64,000 nt of DNA from contig OY968762.1 in assembly GCA_963695225.1 (NCBI GenBank), forward strand, positions 2,208,001-2,272,000. The letters run 5' to 3'. Position 1 is the first letter of the stretch, and every line of letters begins with the position of its first letter. Source of the DNA: Vulcanimicrobiota bacterium (GTDB lineage: Bacteria > Vulcanimicrobiota > Vulcanimicrobiia > Vulcanimicrobiales > Vulcanimicrobiaceae). This document shows positions 50,186-57,880 of the stretch, piece after piece. The notes under the pieces are model-generated. The model was not told where the DNA came from. It ran no database searches and worked only from the letters and a program-made list of their open reading frames with translations. Position numbers and translations under genes: made by a program.

Positions 50186-50311
50186 ATGAGTGATCCGCAG
50201 CAAAGCGGCGATCAACCGCTTCCTACAACAGTCCGTTTTGTTTCGTTCTTGGGCGCGTTCATCGTCATCACGTGGTTCGCAATGTTCTTCTTGTTGCGGG
50301 GCAGGTGGTAG
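50186..50311 (+). CDS. ba3-type cytochrome c oxidase subunit IIa (single TM, 41 aa)
   Basis: AAGGAGG RBS; MSDPQQSGDQPLPTTVRFVSFLGAFIVITWFAMFFLLRGRW; stop 1 nt before subunit II; absent from ORF track. Confidence 0.78.
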   Translation: MSDPQQSGDQPLPTTVRFVSFLGAFIVITWFAMFFLLRGRW

Positions 50312-50312
50312 C

Positions 50313-50780
50313 ATGCACATACACCGCGCGGAACGCATCTGGCTCTGGTTCGGCGGCGCGATGCTCGCCGTGTTTCTGGTGACGATCACGTTCGTCGCCC
50401 TCGTAGAGGGGATGGTCCCTCCGAGCCACATTCAATCGATCGATCCGACGAAGGTCGCCGAAACGCCGCCATTCGACCATCCGGGGTTGCGCAAGCTCCC
50501 CGACGGAACGTACGAGGCGTACTACGTCGCGCGCATCTTCTCGTTCGATCCGCAGAAGCTCGAGATTCCGCGCGGCGCGCACGTCACGTTTTACGTGACC
50601 TCGCCGGACGTCATGCACGGCTTCAGCGTTCCGCTCACCGGCGTGAATACGATGGTGACCCCCGGCTGGGTCAGCACCGTCTCACACACGTTCACTACTG
50701 CGGGAACGTTCTTGCTCGTCTGCAACGAGTATTGCGGCGCCGGCCATCACTTGATGGCGGGCCAGATCGTGGTGCGCTGA
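50313..50780 (+). CDS. cbaB: ba3-type (family B) cytochrome c oxidase subunit II
   Basis: One N-terminal TM; CuA ligands DVMHGF and CNEYCGAGHHLM. Confidence 0.92.
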   Translation: MHIHRAERIWLWFGGAMLAVFLVTITFVALVEGMVPPSHIQSIDPTKVAETPPFDHPGLRKLPDGTYEAYYVARIFSFDPQKLEIPRGAHVTFYVTSPDVMHGFSVPLTGVNTMVTPGWVSTVSHTFTTAGTFLLVCNEYCGAGHHLMAGQIVVR

Positions 50781-50781
50781 G

Positions 50782-52443
50782 ATGGCGGTTCTAACGCTGC
50801 GCGGCGGACGGCTCGTCGACGAAGCGGCGGAAGCACACGCCGCCGAGAACCGGCTCGTCCTCGCGCACATCTACACTGCTACGATCGCGCTCGCGGCCGG
50901 CGCGCTTTTCGGGCTCTTGCAGGGGCTGTCCCGGGCGAACTGGATCGTCATCCCGCAGGCGTTCGATTACTATCGCGTATTGACGGTGCACGGCGTCTTG
51001 ATGGCGCTCGTGTTCACGACGTTCTTCATCACGGGCCTCGCGATGTTCGGAACCTACCGCGCGATCGAGCGCGAGCGGACGGTCGTCTTTGCCTGGATGT
51101 CGTACGCAGTCATGCTGATCGGGACGCTCATGGCGGCCTTGGAGATCCTCGCGGGCAACGCCACGGTTCTTTATACGTTCTACGCACCGCTCAAAGCGGA
51201 TCCGCTGTTCTATATCGGCGCGACGCTCTTGGTGCTGGGGACCTGGGGCGTGGCGTTCGAAGTCTTCGAGAACGTCATTTGGTGGCGCAAGCAAAATCCG
51301 GGGAAACCGATCCCGCTCTTCATGCACGGCGTCACTTGCACGTTCGCGATGTGGATCGTCGCGACGCTCGGCATCGTCGCCGAGATGCTGATGCTGATCC
51401 CGTGGTCGCTGGATCTCACGCCCGGCATTAACGTCATGATCACGCGGATGCTGTTCTGGTATTTCGGGCACCCGCTCGTCTACTTCTGGGTGATGGGCGC
51501 GTACTTGATCTGGTACAACTTGATCCCGATCTCGTATCAAGGGAAGAATTTCAGCGACCCGCTCACGCGTCTCGCGTTCCTGATGCTGCTGCTGCTCTCG
51601 ACTCCGGTCGGGCTGCACCACGAGTTTCTCGAGCCGGGCGTCTCGGCGTTCTGGAAATGGGTCCACACGGTGACGACGTACGGCGTCGTGATTCCCTCGT
51701 TCATGACGGCGTTCGCGCTCTTCGCCTCGTTCGAGATCGCCGCGCGCGCGCAAGGGCGGACGGGGTTCTTGCAAACCGTCACGGGCCTGCCCTGGGGTAA
51801 GCCGCAGTTCTCGGGTGCCGCGCTCGGGATGCTTCTGTTCATCCTCGGCGGCGCCGGCGGAATCATCAACTCCTCGTATAGCCTCGACGTCCTCGTGCAC
51901 AACACGATGTGGATCGTCGGGCATTTCCACGTGACGGTCGGCGGGCCGGTCGCCCTGACGTTCATCGCGGCGACGTACCGGCTCGTCCCCACTCTGACCG
52001 GCCGAAAGCTGTGGGCGCCGAAGCTCGCACTCGCTCAGACGTACATCTACTTCATCGGGATGCTCCTGATGTCGATGTCGATGCACGTCGCCGGGCTGCT
52101 GGGGTCGCCGCGCCGGACCGCCGACGTCACCTACTTCGGGGCGGCCGGCGCGCAGTCGTGGCATTTGGAGATGGTGCTCGCGGCGATCGGCGGCGTGATC
52201 TTGTTCATCAGCATCTTGATGTTCGTCGCGGTCGCGCTCGGGACGCGCTTCGTCAATACGCCGGCCGAATCGACGATCGACTTCGCCCCGACCGAGACGA
52301 CCACTCCGCCCTCCCCGCTGCTCGATCGGATCGGCCTCTGGGCCGTGATCGCGCTGGCACTCGCGGTCCTCGCCTACGCGGGGCCGCTCAACGAGGTCCT
52401 CAGCCAGCACGGCTACCTTGCGAAGGGGATGCGAACGTGGTGA
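50782..52443 (+). CDS. cbaA: ba3-type (family B) heme-copper oxidase subunit I
   Basis: HGVLMAL, YTFYAPL, FWYFGHPLVY, GLHH, HNTMWIVGHFH, PRR. Confidence 0.93.
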   Translation: MAVLTLRGGRLVDEAAEAHAAENRLVLAHIYTATIALAAGALFGLLQGLSRANWIVIPQAFDYYRVLTVHGVLMALVFTTFFITGLAMFGTYRAIERERTVVFAWMSYAVMLIGTLMAALEILAGNATVLYTFYAPLKADPLFYIGATLLVLGTWGVAFEVFENVIWWRKQNPGKPIPLFMHGVTCTFAMWIVATLGIVAEMLMLIPWSLDLTPGINVMITRMLFWYFGHPLVYFWVMGAYLIWYNLIPISYQGKNFSDPLTRLAFLMLLLLSTPVGLHHEFLEPGVSAFWKWVHTVTTYGVVIPSFMTAFALFASFEIAARAQGRTGFLQTVTGLPWGKPQFSGAALGMLLFILGGAGGIINSSYSLDVLVHNTMWIVGHFHVTVGGPVALTFIAATYRLVPTLTGRKLWAPKLALAQTYIYFIGMLLMSMSMHVAGLLGSPRRTADVTYFGAAGAQSWHLEMVLAAIGGVILFISILMFVAVALGTRFVNTPAESTIDFAPTETTTPPSPLLDRIGLWAVIALALAVLAYAGPLNEVLSQHGYLAKGMRTW

Positions 52444-52482
52444 GCCCGGGCTGAGGGAGAAAGGTCGCCGGGCGGCGGCGCG

Positions 52483-53457
52483 TCAGCGCCGGATCGCCCG
52501 GCGGCCGGCCGCTCCGAGGACCAGGAACGCGGCGAGCGTCATCACGAGGTAAGGCGTCCGCTCTCCCTTCGCGCCGCAGACCGTGGTGAACGCTTGCGAG
52601 AGTTCCAGCCGGACGGTCGCGAGCGGGGAGCCGGTCCCCTCCGTCATCCCCGCAAGTTCCGCGATGATGTCGTCGGGCGCCCAGCGGTTCCCGTCGAGCA
52701 GGAGCGCGATCCGGCCGTCCCGCCCGACGACGGCGGTTCGCTCGCTGTGCACGATCGTGTTTCCGACGGTCCGTTCCGTCTCTATCCCGAAGCGCTTCGC
52801 GAACGTGAGGACGTCGATCGGGTCTCCGGTTGCGAGCGTCCAGCGGGCGGCGTCGGCCTCGAACGTGCGCGCGTACCGCAGGAGCACCGCGCCGCGGTCG
52901 TATTCGGGATCGAGCGTGACCTCGAGCAGGTGCGCATCGGTGCCTGCGAGGTGCGCTTGCAGCGCGTGGAACTTCGAGGAGATCAAGGGGCACATCCGCG
53001 GATCCCTGCAGCGCGTATAGATGAATGCCAGAACGAGCGGCCGGCCGCGCCAGGCGCCGGTCGCGACTTCGTTGCCGTTCTGATCGACGAAGCGCGCCGC
53101 CGGGAGAAGATCGCCCTGCTTCACCTGCGGGACCCAGGGGACGACGCGCTTGGGAGCCGGCGCCGGGGCGGCGGCGGGCCTGGCCCGCAGGATCGTCCAC
53201 GGGTCCGTCGAGAGATCGACGGCGGCGTCGATCCGGTCGCCGGGATGCAGCTTCGCGAGCGCCGCTCCGGCGAGGCGGAACGACATCGTCATCCCGGGCA
53301 TCCCCGCGAACGGCTCGTGCCGGACCGTCGCCAGGTGCTGCGCGGGATCGATTGCGAGCACCGTCCCGGTCATCTGCGACGTGGGCTCCGCCTTCGCGGC
53401 TCCCGAAACGGCGAGCGTGACGGCGATCAGGAGTGTGAAGATCGTACGAATCGCCAC
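52483..53457 (-). CDS. CusF-like copper-binding domain fused to SCO domain, exported and membrane-anchored
   Basis: Signal-like N-terminus, HEPFAGMPGMTMSF, FIYTRCRDPRMCP, TLDPEYD, IVHS, C-terminal TM; start uncertain. Confidence 0.82.
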   Translation of the reverse strand: MAIRTIFTLLIAVTLAVSGAAKAEPTSQMTGTVLAIDPAQHLATVRHEPFAGMPGMTMSFRLAGAALAKLHPGDRIDAAVDLSTDPWTILRARPAAAPAPAPKRVVPWVPQVKQGDLLPAARFVDQNGNEVATGAWRGRPLVLAFIYTRCRDPRMCPLISSKFHALQAHLAGTDAHLLEVTLDPEYDRGAVLLRYARTFEADAARWTLATGDPIDVLTFAKRFGIETERTVGNTIVHSERTAVVGRDGRIALLLDGNRWAPDDIIAELAGMTEGTGSPLATVRLELSQAFTTVCGAKGERTPYLVMTLAAFLVLGAAGRRAIRR

Positions 53458-53518
53458 CGTTCTTCGTTCGCACGATTCGCACCGCGCCCCCCTACGATTG
53501 CGGATGGAGGAAGATCCA

Positions 53519-54166
53519 ATGAAGACCGATCTACAACTCCACAAAGACGTCGCCGAGGAACTCGCATTCGACCCGCGCGTCGACGAACGGCAGATCGGGA
53601 TCGCGACGAGCCACGGCATCGTGACGCTGACGGGGAAGTGCCGCAGCTACTATGAGAAGCGCATCGCCGATTCGATCGTGAAAGGCGTCTCCGGGGTCCG
53701 CGGCGTCGTCAACGATGTCGAGGTCGAGCTTCCGGGGGATCACATCCGTAGCGATACCGACATCGCAGAAGCGGCGCTCAGTTCCCTCTCATGGCACGTC
53801 GCCGTTCCGCCAAACCTGCTCGTCGAGGTCGAACACGGCTTCGTGACGCTCTCGGGCACGGTCGAATGGCCGTATCAGCGGGAAGCTGCGGAGGAGGCAG
53901 TGCGCCATCTGACGGGCGTCGTTTCCCTGCGGAACGATATCTCGATCGAATCGCCGGTCGCGACGAACGAGGTCGAGCGGGCGCTCGAACGGCGCCTGGA
54001 ACGGATCGACCCCGACATCTCGGGGCATATCAAGGTTGAAGCCGAGGACGGCAAAGTGACGCTGCGCGGCACGGTGCGCGACGCTCTCGAACTCGAGGAG
54101 GCCTCGCGTGCGGTATGGTCCGTCCCCGGGGTCAAGCTCGTCGAAAACCTGCTAGCGGTCAGGTAG
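53519..54166 (+). CDS. BON-domain (OsmY-like) protein, three BON repeats
   Basis: GGAGG RBS; repeated GxVTLxG and V.GV..V.N motifs. Confidence 0.9.
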   Translation: MKTDLQLHKDVAEELAFDPRVDERQIGIATSHGIVTLTGKCRSYYEKRIADSIVKGVSGVRGVVNDVEVELPGDHIRSDTDIAEAALSSLSWHVAVPPNLLVEVEHGFVTLSGTVEWPYQREAAEEAVRHLTGVVSLRNDISIESPVATNEVERALERRLERIDPDISGHIKVEAEDGKVTLRGTVRDALELEEASRAVWSVPGVKLVENLLAVR

Positions 54167-55298
54167 CAACAGGCGCCGCACGCTCGGCGGCGGCCGCCGC
54201 GTGACACGCCATCACCCATTCCTCTTCGGCATGGATGATGAGCGTGCGCGCGGCTGCGTCGCGTCGCCCGATCTCGCCCGCGTTTGCCGCGTTCGCCTGC
54301 CCGTCGAGGACGATGCCGAGGAACTCGAGCGATTCGCAGACGCGTGCCCGAACTTCCGGCGAATGCTCGCCGATCCCACCGGTGAAAGCGAGTACGTCGA
54401 CGCCGCGGATCGAAGGGACGAGACTGCCGACCGCGCGGGAAATGCTGTAGCAGTACGACTCTAGCGCGAGCGTCGCGCGCGCATCTCCGCAACGCATCGC
54501 GCGCACGAGTTCGTCGATCTCGCCCGCCCCGCCGGCGGTCTCGGCTTCGTTGCGGATGCGTGCGAGCGTCTCGAGATCGGCGAGACCGTGGCTCAACGCA
54601 TACAGCATCATCCCCGGATCGATCGCACCGTGTCGAACGATCATCGGCATGCCGTCGAGCGGCGTGAACCCCAGCGTCGCATCGAAGCAGACCGCGTTCG
54701 CGATCGAAGCGAGCGACGTGCCGCCGCCGAGATGCGCGCTGATCATCCGCAGCGCGACCGGGGCGCGGCCGAGCACCTCGGCGGCGCGATGGAGCGCGTA
54801 CTGATGGCTTAAGCCATGATACCCGATGCGGCGCAGGCCGGCGCAGAACCAATCGAACGGCACGCCGTAGATCGCCGCGTAGTCCGGCAGCGTATTTTGA
54901 AAGTAGGAATCGTAGACCGCGAACTGAGCCGCGTCGGGGAGCGCCCGTTCGCTCGCCTGCAATGCCGCCAGCGTGAGCGCCGTGTGGAGCGGCGCGATCT
55001 CCGCTGCCGCTCGAATCGCTTCGCGATGTTCCTCATCGAGCGGCGCGGCGAGATGCAGCGACGGGGGGGAGGCGGCGACGACGCGGTGCGCGACGAGATC
55101 GACCTCATCGCCTTCGAACGAAGCGACGAACGCCGCGAGTTGCTCCAAGCGCGCGGCTTGCGTACCGGCGAGCGACCGATGGGCCGCGCGAATCAAGCCG
55201 GCGGGGCGGCCGAGCGCGCGCTGCCCATTCAGGGCGAACAACTTCGCCTTGAGCGAGTGCGAGCCGGCGTTCAGCGCCAAGATTCTCAGCGGATCCAC
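54159..55298 (-). CDS. ackA: Acetate/propionate kinase family protein (divergent)
   Basis: LNAGSHSLK, HRVV, APLH, GYHGLSH, HLGGG, GFTPLDG, FTGGIGE, EE. Confidence 0.8.
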   Translation of the reverse strand: MDPLRILALNAGSHSLKAKLFALNGQRALGRPAGLIRAAHRSLAGTQAARLEQLAAFVASFEGDEVDLVAHRVVAASPPSLHLAAPLDEEHREAIRAAAEIAPLHTALTLAALQASERALPDAAQFAVYDSYFQNTLPDYAAIYGVPFDWFCAGLRRIGYHGLSHQYALHRAAEVLGRAPVALRMISAHLGGGTSLASIANAVCFDATLGFTPLDGMPMIVRHGAIDPGMMLYALSHGLADLETLARIRNEAETAGGAGEIDELVRAMRCGDARATLALESYCYSISRAVGSLVPSIRGVDVLAFTGGIGEHSPEVRARVCESLEFLGIVLDGQANAANAGEIGRRDAAARTLIIHAEEEWVMACHAAAAAERAAPVAT

Positions 55299-55320
55299 TC
55301 CTTGCGGAAAGTCCGCAGGC

Positions 55321-55830
55321 CTAGATCAAGTGCTGCGTGGTTTTCTCTAGCTCTTCGATTTCCTCGGTTTTTTCGATCGCGTCGCGGATTCGTGCGAGCA
55401 GATCGCGTGCGGTGGCGATGGCGATCCGGTGCCCGAGGGCGGCGTCGAACGCTTGCCCAGCCGGCCCGAGCGGCGGATCGTACGTTCCTTTCAGCACGAG
55501 CGAGAAGCTCTCGTAATCCTCGTTGTTCTCGACGGAGAGGGTCCCGCTGAAATGTGGAAACACGCCGCCGCCGCTCGGTTCCCAGCGCACGTCGAAACTG
55601 TCGTTGCCGAGGACCCGCGGCAGGTGGCGCAACGTCGCGATCACGTCGTGCTGCAGGATCACGTTCGTGCGCAGGCTCGGCAGCGGAATCGGCGCGCGGA
55701 GCGCGATGCGAATCGGCCTCCCCGACTCCCATGCTCCGTCCCCGGCGCGTTCCCGAAAGAAGCCGTTCAAACGATCGGTCGCGCGACTGACGGGGCACCC
55801 GACGTAGAGCCGTTGGAGCAGGTCGCTCAT
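55321..55830 (-). CDS. Hypothetical protein, GxYxPPxG family paralog 2
   Basis: VGCP, WEPSGGGVFPHFSG, GTYDPPLGPAGQAFD. Confidence 0.8.
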   Translation of the reverse strand: MSDLLQRLYVGCPVSRATDRLNGFFRERAGDGAWESGRPIRIALRAPIPLPSLRTNVILQHDVIATLRHLPRVLGNDSFDVRWEPSGGGVFPHFSGTLSVENNEDYESFSLVLKGTYDPPLGPAGQAFDAALGHRIAIATARDLLARIRDAIEKTEEIEELEKTTQHLI

Positions 55831-55893
55831 AGCGCGAAGTCTAGTCGACGGAAGTCGCCCTCTTGCGAAGATGCTGTGAACGTTGCATTTGCC

Positions 55894-56586
55894 TCAGCTT
55901 ATGGTCGCCGTCGCGCCGGGCGGCGTCTCCTCGCGGGCGAGCTTCCCGGGGAGGCGGACCGTGAAGTTCGCTCCCGACCGCCCGTCGCTGCGGATCTCGA
56001 TCGTCCCGCCGTGCTCTTCGGCGAGTTGGCGCGCGATCGAGAGCCCGAGCCCGCTTCCGGCCGTGCCCTCCGCCGCCGTTCCGCGGTAACCGGCCTCGAA
56101 GATGCGCTCTTGCTCGGCCGGTGGGACGCCGGGGCCTTGGTCGGAGACGCTGAAGCGCAACTCTCCCCCGCCGCGGCTGCAATCGACGCTCACGAGCTTT
56201 CCGGGCGGCGTGTAGTGGATCGCGTTGAGCAGCACGTTCTTGACGATCTGCCCTATGCGAACCGGATCGCCCTTGAACTCGCGGCAGGCGTCGTGCGTCG
56301 CGTCGCACCGGCGGCATTCGAGCCGGATGCCCTTTTCTTCGGCGGCGGCCTCGATCGAGGTGAGGTCGTTCCGCAGCAGTTCGCACAGGTCGATCGTGCG
56401 CGGTTCGCTGCGCGCGGCGAGCGTGTCGGTGCCGATCTCGTTCATCAGCACGTCCAGCTCTCGGAGTGCCTGCAGAACGGCTTGGAGGCGCTCCGGGCTC
56501 GGCTCGAGCTTTCCGTCGATGAAGGCTTCGATGTTCGCGACTGCGATTGCGAGATGATTGCGCATCTCGTGGACGAGCGGTCTCAC
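55894..56586 (-). CDS. Histidine kinase lacking a sensor domain (DHp plus CA only)
   Basis: H-box HEMRN at residue 6, N-box NVLLNAIHY, DQGPG, IFEAGYR, GSGLGLSI. Confidence 0.9.
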   Translation of the reverse strand: MRPLVHEMRNHLAIAVANIEAFIDGKLEPSPERLQAVLQALRELDVLMNEIGTDTLAARSEPRTIDLCELLRNDLTSIEAAAEEKGIRLECRRCDATHDACREFKGDPVRIGQIVKNVLLNAIHYTPPGKLVSVDCSRGGGELRFSVSDQGPGVPPAEQERIFEAGYRGTAAEGTAGSGLGLSIARQLAEEHGGTIEIRSDGRSGANFTVRLPGKLAREETPPGATATIS

Positions 56587-57299
56587 GAAGGCTGCACCAT
56601 CTTGTAGCCGACGCCGAAGACGGTCAGGACGTAGCGCGGCTTGCTCGCGTCCGCTTCGATCTTGTGGCGCAGGTTCGCGATGTGCCGGTCGAGCGTTCGG
56701 TCGTAGATATCGTGCACGTCGTTCGCGATCTTGTCGAGGAGCTGATCGCGCGTGAGCGCCTGCCCCAGGTGATCCGCGAGGACGTCGAGGATGCGAAACT
56801 CCGTCGGCGTCAGGTTCACCGGCCTCCCGGAAGCGCGCACCTCGTGCGCGGTGCGGTCGATTTCGAGTTCGCCGACCCGCCGCACGTCGCGCCTGCCGTG
56901 CGCCGGGGCTGCGGCTGCGTGCGTGCGGCGCAAGACGCTCTTCACGCGCGCAACGACCTCGCGCGGGCTGAAGGGCTTGGCGATGTAGTCGTCCGCGCCG
57001 AGCTCGAGCCCCAAGATGCGGTCGATCTCGGCGTCGCGCCTGGTCAGCATGATCACCGGCATATCGGAGTGTTCGCGGACTCGGCGCAGCACTTCGACCC
57101 CCGAGAGCATCGGCAGGTTCAGGTCGAGCAGCATGATATGCGGGTGGTCGGTCAGCGCCGAACGGACCGCGCTGAGGCCGTCCCCGACTTCGGTGACCGT
57201 CATCCCCTCGTCGCCCAGATAGCGGACGAGGATTTCGCGGATCGCCGGCTCGTCGTCGACGACCAGGACGCGGATAGGCGTTTGCGTTTCGTTCATCAC
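56583..57299 (-). CDS. OmpR/PhoB family response regulator
   Basis: VVDDE, LLDLNLP, GADDYIAKPFSPRE, wHTH with LTPTEF and TVFGVGY. Confidence 0.95.
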   Translation of the reverse strand: MMNETQTPIRVLVVDDEPAIREILVRYLGDEGMTVTEVGDGLSAVRSALTDHPHIMLLDLNLPMLSGVEVLRRVREHSDMPVIMLTRRDAEIDRILGLELGADDYIAKPFSPREVVARVKSVLRRTHAAAAPAHGRRDVRRVGELEIDRTAHEVRASGRPVNLTPTEFRILDVLADHLGQALTRDQLLDKIANDVHDIYDRTLDRHIANLRHKIEADASKPRYVLTVFGVGYKMVQPS

Positions 57300-57406
57300 C
57301 GCTGCGGCCCAGCCGGAAAAATGCCGGGCTATTTTGGCCTTTCGCGATGGCCTGTTAGGCGAGCCTGCCTGGAGGACCCGCGACTCTCCGTGGCTGAATC
57401 GCCTTC

Positions 57407-57856
57407 ATGGCGCAACTTCACGAGTACATTTCCGTCAATTGCCCGTTCGACCGCGTCCCCGGCTACCTGGCCACGTATTTCGCGCAGATGGGCGAAAGCG
57501 GCGACCGGCCGGCCGTGATCGAGCTGCGCGCCCCCGTGGGCGAGGCCCGGCTCGAGCGCGACGTGATCGCGCACTTGAGCCCGAAGCCCGGCTATACCGG
57601 GTACACGCGCATCGGGATCACCTGGGCTCCGAAGGATGGGGGACCGTACCCGACGTTCGAGGGGGTCTTGAGCGCCAGCCAAGAGACCGAGGACGGCTGC
57701 CGGCTCGATTTGGACGGCGAATACACGCCTCCGCTCGGCCCTATCGGGGCGGTGTTCGATGCGGTGGTCGGCCACGGCATCGCCCAGGCTACGGCGAACG
57801 ACCTGCTTCACCACATTCGCACGGTTCTCGAGGAGTCTTACCACTCGGTCGCCTAG
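57407..57856 (+). CDS. Hypothetical protein, GxYxPPxG family paralog 3
   Basis: VNCP, WAPKDGGPYPTFEG, GEYTPPLGPIGAVFD. Confidence 0.8.
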   Translation: MAQLHEYISVNCPFDRVPGYLATYFAQMGESGDRPAVIELRAPVGEARLERDVIAHLSPKPGYTGYTRIGITWAPKDGGPYPTFEGVLSASQETEDGCRLDLDGEYTPPLGPIGAVFDAVVGHGIAQATANDLLHHIRTVLEESYHSVA

Positions 57857-57880
57857 CCTCGCCCGGAGTCCCGCCCGCGC

